A stretch of DNA of 64,000 nt from Alphaproteobacteria bacterium (GTDB lineage Bacteria > Pseudomonadota > Alphaproteobacteria > Rhodospirillales > Casp-alpha2), in NCBI GenBank assembly GCA_014382345.1, contig JACNJX010000054.1, positions 94 through 64,093 on the forward strand, written 5' to 3'. Below, in pieces: positions 39,809 to 48,511 of the stretch; within the stretch, counting starts at the first letter, position 1; each line of letters starts with the position of its first letter. A program made the translations under genes and the position numbers. A model generated the notes under the pieces. The model was not told where the DNA came from and did no database searches. It saw nothing but the letters and a program-made list of their open reading frames with translations.

Positions 39809-40786
39809 TCAGGATGCGATTTTGTCTGGCCAGTTTTTCTGGCTGAGGTCGGCGCAGCGGTATGCCGCGTATAGCTGATTGAGCCGGTATTTTTCTATGA
39901 CGCGCCGGTGCCTGTCGGTAACGAACTCGATCTCTGGGCGTCGATAGTGAAATTTCCGGTTGGCGGAATGCAGGTTGGGAACGTAGAAGGGGGCCGGCTC
40001 GTCCGGGAAAAACAGCGCCGCGTTGCTGCCTTTGGCTTCGTCCACGGCCTGCCATTTTTCGAAAATGGCGGGCGAATATAAATCCATTAAATTCAGTCCG
40101 GAAAAATATTTTTTCATATTCTCCGGCCTGCTGGCTTCTTCAATTCGGAACACCAGCGGCGATATTCCGAACAGGCGGGCGATGTTTTCGATGCGGTGCC
40201 TGTTCAGGGAACTCAGGACGAAGTGCGTCAGGATCTGGCTTTCACCAAGCCGGTGACCCCATTTGCGAAACCAGCTATCCAGACAAACGTCGGGTTCGCG
40301 TTCCATAATCACAAGCGAGATGCGCGAAGCCGGAAAGCCCGCCCTGAGCAGCGTGGTGAGAGGGTTGAACAGGCATTCCGGCAAGGAGTAGGGGCCGGAT
40401 GTTTCCTTGATGAGGACCAGGTCTTGCCCGGTCGGGAGATGCCAATAGGGAATTTCGTCCCCCACCAGATGATGGCGGAGCAAGGCTTTCAGGGGTTGGT
40501 AATAGGACGGGATGCCGGCCCGGCCGAGAAGGTTTGCGAAGGCGGTGGAGCCGACACGGCACTTGCCCCAACAGAGGATGATCCGGGGCAGGCTGTCCTG
40601 GGGCCGCCAGCTTATGGCCGGAGAAATCCTGCCGGTGATTTCTTCCTTGAGCACGGCCAGGGATGTCTCCGCCGTCTGGAATGGGGTCGCGCTGGTGAAC
40701 GTCACCTGCTTCAGCTCCGGGCGGTCTTCACAGACCAGCGGCACTAACTGTTCGAGGACGTCCAGGTTTGGCCGGGTTTTTATCAA
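39809..40786 (-). CDS. sulfotransferase-like protein (weak assignment)
   Basis: ILCWGKCRVGSTAFANLLGRAG resembles the PAPS 5'-phosphosulfate-binding loop of bacterial sulfotransferases. No in-frame ATG exists before residue 190 or so of the ORF, so I chose the in-frame TTG at 40786, which overlaps the MFS stop (TTGA). The start is uncertain. Confidence 0.45.
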   Translation of the reverse strand: MIKTRPNLDVLEQLVPLVCEDRPELKQVTFTSATPFQTAETSLAVLKEEITGRISPAISWRPQDSLPRIILCWGKCRVGSTAFANLLGRAGIPSYYQPLKALLRHHLVGDEIPYWHLPTGQDLVLIKETSGPYSLPECLFNPLTTLLRAGFPASRISLVIMEREPDVCLDSWFRKWGHRLGESQILTHFVLSSLNRHRIENIARLFGISPLVFRIEEASRPENMKKYFSGLNLMDLYSPAIFEKWQAVDEAKGSNAALFFPDEPAPFYVPNLHSANRKFHYRRPEIEFVTDRHRRVIEKYRLNQLYAAYRCADLSQKNWPDKIAS

Positions 40787-42021
40787 GGGGAAGGGGCCGG
40801 GGTCTGGGCAGGGGCAGGGGCTTTGCCGGGGCGCTCCAACACCGCATCCACCAGCAACAGGAAAAAGCCAACCCACGAGGCGCCAATGACAATCCAGAGG
40901 ACGTGGCCGTAGCCGAAACGTTCGGCCACCTGGCCAAGGAATACGCTGGCCAGCGTCGCGCCCATGAAAAATGAGAAATTGTATGCCGTGATCGCCTTGG
41001 CGCGGTTCGACAGGCGGTCAATCATAAGGGCCTGCAGCACAGGGATATAAATAGCGACGGCAATGCCAAACAGGCCCCCGGCGGTGATCAGGTGCCAGGA
41101 AGAATTGGCGAGCATTAGGACCGTGAAGGCCGAAGCCTGGGCCACTGAGGAGATGAGAAGAAGCCTGCTGGCGCCGATGCGGTCGAGAGCGGCGCCGAAG
41201 CAAAACCGGATCGTCAACGTGACGACTATATATCCGGTGAAAAATCCCGTGACCGAGGGTAAGCCGAGCCGGTTCACGTAGTCGGCCAGAAACGACATCG
41301 CGCAACCGAACCCGACGGCGACGGCGAAGGCGACCGCCAGGAGAAGACCGCATTTGGTTACGATATTTTCAGCCGCCGATGACTGGCCGTGCGGTTCCGG
41401 CTGTTTCGCGGGCAGGAAAAACGCCATCACGGATGATGACGCGGCGAGAACAACGCCGAGAAAAAATAACGCCGTAAAACCATACCCATCGACTACAAAT
41501 TCCGCCATCCAGGGACCGATCGCCTGCGATGAAATAAAGATCGCGCCATGAATCCCCAAGCCCTGGGTGCGGGTTTTCTTCGGCGTTAATAGGGTTACGA
41601 AGGTAATGGTGCCAAGCAGCACGCCCGACCAGCTCAATCCCTGGACCAGCCTCAGCCCTATGAAGCAGGCAACGGACTCCGCGCTTGGCATCAAGGCGTA
41701 ACTGGAGGCCAGCAGCAACGCCCCGCCTAGCACCACCGGGCGGGGGCCGAAGTGCTGGATCAGCCGCGACGCCGGAAGCATGCCGGCCAGGGTGCCGGCG
41801 AACCAGGCGCCCATGATGTAGCCGATGTGATCCGCGCTCATGCCAAGGGCGCGAATATGCCAGGGCAGGATCGTCGACAGGAACAGGGCAACGGCGGCAA
41901 AAAGCGTAGCCCCGTAAAGCGTCAGGAAGTCAGGGGAGAGGAACAGAGAGCGGGCGGGCGCAGGCGGTGTGTTTTGCCCTTTGCTTTGCCCCGGCGATGC
42001 ATGCGGAGAGTATACTATCAC
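40783..42021 (-). CDS. MFS transporter
   Basis: About 12 hydrophobic segments. Start chosen at GTG 42021, preceded by GGGAAGG and overlapping the upstream stop (GTGA). Confidence 0.85.
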   Translation of the reverse strand: MIVYSPHASPGQSKGQNTPPAPARSLFLSPDFLTLYGATLFAAVALFLSTILPWHIRALGMSADHIGYIMGAWFAGTLAGMLPASRLIQHFGPRPVVLGGALLLASSYALMPSAESVACFIGLRLVQGLSWSGVLLGTITFVTLLTPKKTRTQGLGIHGAIFISSQAIGPWMAEFVVDGYGFTALFFLGVVLAASSSVMAFFLPAKQPEPHGQSSAAENIVTKCGLLLAVAFAVAVGFGCAMSFLADYVNRLGLPSVTGFFTGYIVVTLTIRFCFGAALDRIGASRLLLISSVAQASAFTVLMLANSSWHLITAGGLFGIAVAIYIPVLQALMIDRLSNRAKAITAYNFSFFMGATLASVFLGQVAERFGYGHVLWIVIGASWVGFFLLLVDAVLERPGKAPAPAQTPAPSP

Positions 42022-43034
42022 GGCGAAGCCTTCCCTTTGAGACGAACGGGGAGGACGTTTGATTTCCGCCAATCCTCATCGAGGTATGCGGTCACTTTGT
42101 CGTTTGGGCGGACCCCGATGGGCTGGGAGACGGGACTGAAGGATTCGGAAACCCAGATCAGTACATCGCCAAACCAGAGCTCCTGTATCCACATAACGCC
42201 GGTCAGGGTGCCCGGTCGCGAAAGCGTGATCTCAAACGACTGGGGGAGTCCCTTGAAACGGGTTCCCTTTTCGTAACCGATGGAGATGACGGGCGCCTCA
42301 TCGCTGAGGAATGCGCCAGCCCCCCTTTGATAGCGGTATGTGCCCCCGGTGGAACCGGGCATCCAGCTGTAGTCTTCGTGAATGGTGGGCCGACTGCGGG
42401 AAAAATGAATTTCTGCCGCTACGGAATCGAAGAGACTGCCGAATTTCAACGAATACCGGTGTTCCAGGCCTGAGATCATCCGGCGCAGATCGCTGATCTC
42501 CGACGAGGCGTCATACTGCGGCCAATCACAGGCGACAGCGCGATAGATCACTTTATTGGGGATCATCGCGCAGCCGTCGTTTCCGAAATTGTGCAGCAGA
42601 TCATCGATAAGAAAAGATCGATCCTCATCGGCAATAATGTGATTGGTGTAGAGGAAGGTCAGCAGAAGGTCGAACCTGCCGGATATCGTTGCTTCATGGT
42701 TCGACGACAGATCCCCCTCGATGACGGTGATTTTGCCATCGGCGCGGTTTTCCCGAACCAGTTCCTGGGCCAGAGAGACATGATCGCGGTCGACGGCAAG
42801 CACCTCCTTGGCGCCGGCTTCGATGGCAAGCAAGGACAAAAGGCCCGTTCCGCAGCCAGCATCGAGAACCCGGTCTCCGGGTTTGATGGCCCGGATTATG
42901 GCGTCCCGAATGGCCAGCGTGCGATCAACGCGCAGAAGAAGGCGGGCATGTGTGGTGGCGTCAAAATGCACATGCCGCGCCGTTCGTCCGGGCGTGCCGG
43001 CAGATGAATGGAGGGCGGCGCCAAGCTCATTCAC
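42018..43034 (-). CDS. class I SAM methyltransferase, PrmA/PRMT-like, with a long C-terminal domain
   Basis: HARLLLRVDRTLAIRDAIIRAIKPGDRVLDAGCGTGLLSLLAIEAGAKEVLAVDRD...ITVIEGDL follows the PRMT/PrmA N-terminal pattern. GTG start preceded by AAGGGGAA. Confidence 0.8.
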   Translation of the reverse strand: MNELGAALHSSAGTPGRTARHVHFDATTHARLLLRVDRTLAIRDAIIRAIKPGDRVLDAGCGTGLLSLLAIEAGAKEVLAVDRDHVSLAQELVRENRADGKITVIEGDLSSNHEATISGRFDLLLTFLYTNHIIADEDRSFLIDDLLHNFGNDGCAMIPNKVIYRAVACDWPQYDASSEISDLRRMISGLEHRYSLKFGSLFDSVAAEIHFSRSRPTIHEDYSWMPGSTGGTYRYQRGAGAFLSDEAPVISIGYEKGTRFKGLPQSFEITLSRPGTLTGVMWIQELWFGDVLIWVSESFSPVSQPIGVRPNDKVTAYLDEDWRKSNVLPVRLKGKASP

Positions 43035-43073
43035 GGTGCGTTCCCCTTGATTGAAACACTACCATTGGTTTAA

Positions 43074-44291
43074 TTATGCCCGAAGAGCGGCGGAGGAAAT
43101 ATCCTGGCGTTGCGCTGCCACCGCATCCGCTTTTTCGAAATCCTCCTGTGTGAAGCCGAACAACCTGGCCCCGTTGCCGAGAATTTTGGCGCCAAGGTCA
43201 GGGGTGATGCTCGGGTTTTCCAGGACCCTGTTTGCGACCTCCGGAAAATGAGAATCGAAATGCGGAAAATCACTGCCGACGCATATCGTTTCGGGGCCGC
43301 CCAGCATATCGATGGTCGCGCCCAGGTCTTTTTCGCTACCTTCGATGGTGGTGAAACAGTTTCGCTGCCAATACTCCTGGGGGGAGAGGCTAAGAAACGG
43401 TGCGTCGGACTCTCTGTGGTGCTCAAGGTCCAGTTCCATGCGCCCAACAAGTCCGGGAGCCCACCAACTCTGGGCTTCGACAAAGACCACTCTCAGTTTT
43501 GGAAAAAATTCGAATATTCCGCCTAGAACGAGCGCGGTTGCGGCCATCTGCATTTCTACCGGGTGCCCGGCGACGTGGCGTATGAACCGGTTCTCGCCGA
43601 AGCGTTCCTCGTTTGGGGAATGGTAGGAGCCGGTTCCCTCATGAAAGCACAAGGGAACATCAAGCTCTTGAAGGAGTCCGTACAGGGGGTCCCAGTAATT
43701 TGAGTGCCAGTAATGCCCGAGCATGTAATTGGGCCGCAAAACAGCGCCGACGGCATTATAGCGTTCCACACACCGGACAAGTTCGGCGCACGCCAAATTG
43801 ACATCATCGACCGGCAACATCGCGGCCATTTTCAATTGATCCGGACTATGCTGGCAAAAATCGTATAGCCAGTCGTTGTAGGCCTGGCATATGGCTAAAG
43901 AAAATCGTGGTTCGCGTTTTTCCGGCGCCATAAAAAAGAGCCCCGCCGTCGGAAAGAGCACGGCGATATCTATGCCTTCCGTTTCCATGGCCATGACGGC
44001 CGCTTCTGCATCGAAACCACGCCGGATCGCGAACTCGACGGCGGTATTCCGACGCGCCGCGATCAGCGGGCCTCGGGTCCGGTTATATTGTGAACGGAAG
44101 CCGTCGATGCTTGTAGGGCGTCCGTCGATCAGCCAACGGGTCACGCCGGGAGTCCCGGTGCCTTGTGAATTTGACGAGAAAGCCGGGGTCGAAATCCGGT
44201 CCTGAAATTCAGCCGCCATAAAATTCTTAAAGAGGTTTGGCGGCTCCATGACGTGCATATCGACATCTACAAACCGGTGACCATTTTTCAT
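43074..44291 (-). CDS. amidohydrolase_2 (ACMSD/aromatic-acid decarboxylase-type TIM-barrel metal hydrolase)
   Basis: N-terminal FVDVDMHVMEP metal motif, and later CFHEG and GSDFPHFDSHFP. GAGGAG precedes the ATG. Confidence 0.8.
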   Translation of the reverse strand: MKNGHRFVDVDMHVMEPPNLFKNFMAAEFQDRISTPAFSSNSQGTGTPGVTRWLIDGRPTSIDGFRSQYNRTRGPLIAARRNTAVEFAIRRGFDAEAAVMAMETEGIDIAVLFPTAGLFFMAPEKREPRFSLAICQAYNDWLYDFCQHSPDQLKMAAMLPVDDVNLACAELVRCVERYNAVGAVLRPNYMLGHYWHSNYWDPLYGLLQELDVPLCFHEGTGSYHSPNEERFGENRFIRHVAGHPVEMQMAATALVLGGIFEFFPKLRVVFVEAQSWWAPGLVGRMELDLEHHRESDAPFLSLSPQEYWQRNCFTTIEGSEKDLGATIDMLGGPETICVGSDFPHFDSHFPEVANRVLENPSITPDLGAKILGNGARLFGFTQEDFEKADAVAAQRQDISSAALRA

Positions 44292-44348
44292 TTCAGTCTC
44301 CTCGCTTTAAGGTTGTTTATAGGCAAAAGCTATAATACCAGTTTAGCG

Positions 44349-44376
44349 AGTATAGCGTAACAATTTTACCAGTCAA
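44349..44376 (-). promoter_or_regulatory. sigma70-like promoter for the amidohydrolase operon
   Basis: The minus strand reads TTGACT (44376-44371), a 16-nt spacer, then TATACT (44354-44349). This is about 55 nt upstream of the ATG at 44291, inside an AT-rich spacer. Confidence 0.5.
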
Positions 44377-44682
44377 ATAATCTAAATATATGGGCCAAAA
44401 AATCCTTATTCAGTATGACATATCGCCAAATTGCGTGCCTTCCGCACGGGCTGTTCAATGTTCACGGTGCGCAGCCGCCAACCGCTTTTACGGATTCTAC
44501 GGGGCGGATAAATATGTTTCGTATAAGTTGAAAGTTTCTCGAAGCAAATCCGGCCCGGGCCGCGTGGAGCTACACCGGACGCCTGCAACAATTCGGTTTA
44601 ATTTTGGGAAAACCGCTTTAGGTGGCTTTGGCTTCGACCCGGAACTGCAATTCAGCGGTTCGGTGTAAAATTCGCGCGGGTT

Positions 44683-45153
44683 TCAGCTTCGCGCCCGGCA
44701 GCTTACGGCGGCGAGCGCCTTGCCGGTTTTATCCAGCCCACGGACTTCGATGTCCTGGGTGGGCTTAAGCACGCTCCAGGCGGCGTCGGTTTTCGGTGGG
44801 CACTGGCTGCCGAGCTTTTCCAGCAGGGCGTCAAACGGAGTCGACGCAGGACCATCGGGGAGAACGAGGTCGATCCAGACTTCTCCGTCTCTGGGCGCGA
44901 TGGCGGAGATGGCCCAGCCGTTGGGCGGCGGGGTGCCGGTATAATAGACCTTGAGCCGCGTCGATGCCACCTTGAGCCCTAAGCTGGACTCCGTCACCGG
45001 CGTCTTTTGGGAATACATCACCGCGCCCATGAGCAGCACAAAGGCGAGAACGAGCAGGGGTTGGGGACGGCGGCGTCGCATGGGCGTATTAAAAATGGTT
45101 TTTGAGCCTCGCGCCAGTTCTTCCCGCAACGCCTTCCCAACAGTTCTTGGCAT
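44683..45153 (-). CDS. hypothetical membrane-anchored protein
   Basis: Start chosen at MPRTVGK. Contains RRRRPQPLLVLAFVLLMGAVMY (a TM helix after a basic tail), then a soluble domain of about 100 aa. Divergent from the cNMP-binding gene. Confidence 0.4.
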   Translation of the reverse strand: MPRTVGKALREELARGSKTIFNTPMRRRRPQPLLVLAFVLLMGAVMYSQKTPVTESSLGLKVASTRLKVYYTGTPPPNGWAISAIAPRDGEVWIDLVLPDGPASTPFDALLEKLGSQCPPKTDAAWSVLKPTQDIEVRGLDKTGKALAAVSCRARS

Positions 45154-45251
45154 CAGTCTTCCTTGAAACTTATTGGTCCATCCACGATCATGTGATGTGG
45201 CGTATTTCAAGCGTCCGTAACCGTTCTTGAGAATGGCTTTTTGGGGATGAC

Positions 45252-47147
45252 ATGGCGAAAAATCTCGCCGGCAAGACATACGAAGTTCTGACCGCCGACG
45301 AAAACCGGTGGATTTTCGAATCCTCCTTCGATGTCCGCTCGGCTGCGCTCGAGCACGCCGAGGAACTCCTCCACCAAGGAAATTACGACGGCGTACGCGT
45401 AACGTCTGAAAGCGAGCGTACCGGCGAACTGGATGTCATTTTCGAGGAACGCCGCGACCGCGAAAAAATCGTCACCCTTGTCGCCGTGGACGACGCCCCT
45501 TTGTGCGAAGAGGTGCTCGATTATTACGGCTTTCCTGCCCGGCGCACGACCGGAAAGCTGCTCCGCCATCTGCTCGATGATCAAGGTTTGACGGCGCTGG
45601 AGTTGGCCTTCGATGCCGGCCAGTTGATGATGTTCGAGCGCAACGACAGGCTGTTCGGCCCGGCCATGCAGCGCATCGGCGGCCTTCAGGCCAAGGCTTC
45701 GGGGACAAAGCCGATGGATCGCGTCGAGGTGCTTCATAAGGCCTTCGCCGAGATAAAGGAGTGGGCGAAAAAACCGAAAGATGCCGACAAGTACGCGGCC
45801 CTGCTGCGATCCAAGGGATTGAACGCGCTGGTGGACGGCGCCACCCAGTGGGAAAACACGCCGGGAAAAGCGCGTCTGGCCATCCTTGGCGCCCTGGCCG
45901 GGCTGCTGGCGTCGCGCGGCAATTGGAACGGCAAACTGCTGGCGCTGATTTCCCTGACCCAGAACGACGTGCACGAACGCTCGGTCGAATACGTCGATGA
46001 AGTGACTGCGGAAATCCTCGACGGGGCCGAAGCGGTGATGGAGGTTTTGGCCGGTCAGCCTGACGCGGCTTCGGCCAACCGCAGGCTTATTCAGTTGACC
46101 CGGGGCAACACGCCGGAACCCGGAAAACAGGTGTCCTGCATTGTCGAACTAAACAACATGATGTCGCGTCTCGACCTGCCGCTGACCTGCCAGGTGCTGC
46201 TGGAACGCGTCGCCGCAGGCATTGGCGGCATTCGCCCGCTGACCCGGGAAGGCGGCGATATGGAAAAGGACGCCTTCGCCGGGCTGGTCCGGGAGCTGAC
46301 CGACGAAGATGGCCTCGCGGGTGGACCGGGCATGTGTGACGCCATCATCAAACGCGCTCGCATGACTCTAAAATCCGGTACCAACGACTTGACCTTTGAA
46401 CAGGGCATCGATCATTTGCTCGACCTCATGCCCAACCGCGCCGTCCGGCTCGGGTGTCTTCTCGATCTGGCAGCCTCTCCGCTTCGCACTGGGGTAGGCG
46501 CCGGGGCCGGGGAACGCGAACTGGTCCATAAGGCCCTGGAACGACTTATTCAACAGCTAGCTTTCATGGCCTCCCTGGTTCCCGACACCAGCAGTTCCGA
46601 AACCGTCGCCCGGGTGGTCGAGAAACTGAAACGGCGCGCCGACGGCGTGGAATTGCCCGGCCCCCTGGCGCAGAACCTGCTGGACGCATTGAACGAAATC
46701 GCCGGCCGCAAAGGCCACGGTGGAAATGACACGTCCAAAGGGGTTACAAATAGTTACAAGATGAAGGACGGATCCTTGAACGCAAACGACCAGACAGGGG
46801 AACGCAAAACGGTCCCCAGCGGCGAGTTGATCTTCGGAGAAGACGAAGTCGGAGATATGGCCTATCTGATTATTTCCGGCGATGTGGAAATCTTCCGCTC
46901 GTCGGGAAACCGCGAACGGGTATTGGCGACGCTGGGACGCGGTGAGATCATCGGCGAAATGTCGCTGGTCGATAACGCGCCGCGCGTGGCCTCTGCCAGG
47001 GCCTTGTCGGATTGTCAGCTCAGCATGATTTCGCGCGCCTCTCTGAAACAGAGGCTGGACCGGCTGGAGGAAAACGACCGTGTGCTCAGGCGCCTGATTT
47101 CCGTCCTCGTCAGCCGCATCCGCGGCCAGGCGGAAAGTCCGGAATAA
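45252..47147 (+). CDS. large protein with a C-terminal cyclic-nucleotide-binding domain and an unassigned N-terminal region of about 500 aa
   Basis: C-terminus FGEDEVGDMAYLIISGDVEIF...LGRGEIIGEMSLVDNAPRVASARA is a canonical cNMP-binding beta-roll with the phosphate-binding cassette. I recognise no motif in residues 1-500. Confidence 0.8.
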   Translation: MAKNLAGKTYEVLTADENRWIFESSFDVRSAALEHAEELLHQGNYDGVRVTSESERTGELDVIFEERRDREKIVTLVAVDDAPLCEEVLDYYGFPARRTTGKLLRHLLDDQGLTALELAFDAGQLMMFERNDRLFGPAMQRIGGLQAKASGTKPMDRVEVLHKAFAEIKEWAKKPKDADKYAALLRSKGLNALVDGATQWENTPGKARLAILGALAGLLASRGNWNGKLLALISLTQNDVHERSVEYVDEVTAEILDGAEAVMEVLAGQPDAASANRRLIQLTRGNTPEPGKQVSCIVELNNMMSRLDLPLTCQVLLERVAAGIGGIRPLTREGGDMEKDAFAGLVRELTDEDGLAGGPGMCDAIIKRARMTLKSGTNDLTFEQGIDHLLDLMPNRAVRLGCLLDLAASPLRTGVGAGAGERELVHKALERLIQQLAFMASLVPDTSSSETVARVVEKLKRRADGVELPGPLAQNLLDALNEIAGRKGHGGNDTSKGVTNSYKMKDGSLNANDQTGERKTVPSGELIFGEDEVGDMAYLIISGDVEIFRSSGNRERVLATLGRGEIIGEMSLVDNAPRVASARALSDCQLSMISRASLKQRLDRLEENDRVLRRLISVLVSRIRGQAESPE

Positions 47148-47162
47148 AAGACAGGCCGGGAC

Positions 47163-48509
47163 CTAGCCACCCTTGCCCCATGGGAAACGCGAGCGGGGCG
47201 GCAGGGCGCCGCCGGGTTGCTGGCCTTCACCTTCCAGCCCCATCTCTTTCAGTTGATCGGCGATGCGCAAGCCCTCGTTCCACTTCGCCGTGCGCTCTGC
47301 GCGGGTGATGGAGCCCACCTTCAATTGTTCGACGCCCCAGCCGACGGCCAGGTGGACGATGCTGACGTCTTCGGTTTCACCCGACCGGGCCGACACGATA
47401 GCCCCGAACCCGGCCTTGCGCGCAGCCTCGAGCGCCGCCTTGGTTTCGCTCAGGGTGCCCACTTGGTTGGGTTTGATCAGTACCGCGTTACACGCTTTAT
47501 CGCGGGCCGCCGCCCGGATGCGCCCGACGCTGGTGACTAGGAAATCATCGCCGATAACCTGCACCCGCTTACCGACGGCCCAGGTGAAGCGCACCATGCC
47601 TTCTTTGTCGCCTTCGGCCATGGGGTCTTCGATGGCGACGATGGGGTAGCGTTCGACCCAGTCCACCAGCATGCCCGACAGTTCGTCGGAATTCAGCGTC
47701 CGATCGTCGCGGGCAAGCCGGTAGCGGCCCTTGCTTCCGAACTGACTGGCGGCGATGTCTAGGGAAATCGCCATGTCTTGGCCTGGCTTGAGGCCCGCCG
47801 CCTCAATGGCGCGGACCAGCATGTCCAGGGCCTGTTCGTTGTCATCGAAGTCCGGCCACAGGCCGCCTTCGTCGGCGACGCCATGAAGCCGGCCCTCCTC
47901 GGCCATCAAACGCGAAGCCGCGCGGTAGACGTCGGCGGTCCATTCCAGGGCCTGGGCATAGGTCTCCGCGCCGGTGGCGGTGACCATGTAATCCTGAACA
48001 TCGACCCGGCCACCGGCGTGCGCGCCGCCGCCGAAAATCTGAATTTCCGGCAGCGGCAGGAACGGAGCCTGACCGGAATTTTCCTGCTCGTGCAGATATT
48101 GCCACAGCGCCATTTTGTAGGCGGCGGCTGCGGCATGGGCCACGGCCAGAGATGTGGCGATCATGGCGTTGCCGCCGAGGCGGCTTTTGTCGGCGGTACC
48201 ATCGAGCTCGATCAGCGCCTTGTCGATGGCATCCTGATTGGCGGCGTTGAGACCTTTCAGGGCCGGCGCGATGTCTTCGTTGATGGCGGCCAGGGCCTTT
48301 TTCACGCCGAACCCGCCGAATGCTTCCCCGCCGTCGCGCCGGTCGACGGCTTCGCCGGTGCCGGTGGACGCGCCGGCCGGCGCAATGGCGCGGCCCCTGG
48401 CGTTGTAGTTGAGAAGGACTTCGGCCTCGACGGTCGGCCGTCCCCTGGAATCCCAGACCTGGCGGGCACGGATGGATTTGATTTTGCAGTTATTTTTATT
48501 CACACCCAT
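47163..48509 (-). CDS. enolase-family protein (divergent paralog)
   Basis: WDSRGRPTVEAEV, AGASTG, ADEGG, LDIAASQF, AIEDP, IGDDFLVT, LIKPNQVGT, SARSGETED and EQLKVGS align with enolase motifs. Start ATG at 48509, 2 nt after the kinase stop. An alternative TTG at 48515 overlaps that stop. Confidence 0.85.
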   Translation of the reverse strand: MGVNKNNCKIKSIRARQVWDSRGRPTVEAEVLLNYNARGRAIAPAGASTGTGEAVDRRDGGEAFGGFGVKKALAAINEDIAPALKGLNAANQDAIDKALIELDGTADKSRLGGNAMIATSLAVAHAAAAAYKMALWQYLHEQENSGQAPFLPLPEIQIFGGGAHAGGRVDVQDYMVTATGAETYAQALEWTADVYRAASRLMAEEGRLHGVADEGGLWPDFDDNEQALDMLVRAIEAAGLKPGQDMAISLDIAASQFGSKGRYRLARDDRTLNSDELSGMLVDWVERYPIVAIEDPMAEGDKEGMVRFTWAVGKRVQVIGDDFLVTSVGRIRAAARDKACNAVLIKPNQVGTLSETKAALEAARKAGFGAIVSARSGETEDVSIVHLAVGWGVEQLKVGSITRAERTAKWNEGLRIADQLKEMGLEGEGQQPGGALPPRSRFPWGKGG

Positions 48510-48511
48510 GC

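Noticed and set aside
38983-39846. 287-aa plus-strand ORF running antisense through bluB and straight across the tRNA-Leu gene.
   Set aside because: It overlaps two well-supported features and has antisense-type composition.
44390-44668. 92-aa ORF in the AT-rich spacer upstream of the amidohydrolase operon.
   Set aside because: It has no ribosome-binding site and atypical composition. It lies on the strand opposite the good promoter found there, so it is more likely non-coding promoter or spacer DNA.
39707-44700. Classical integrase-mediated genomic island at tRNA-Leu.
   Set aside because: No integrase, excisionase or transposase is present. I found no convincing direct repeat of the tRNA 3' end. 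The nearest is a weak 7-nt TCCGGCC match near 44560. I therefore report the operon but do not call a mobile element.
45252-47147. Pycsar/CBASS-like defence effector, suggested by the cNMP-binding domain.
   Set aside because: No nucleotide cyclase, CD-NTase, TIR, nuclease or pore-forming effector domain is adjacent or fused. The context is metabolic.
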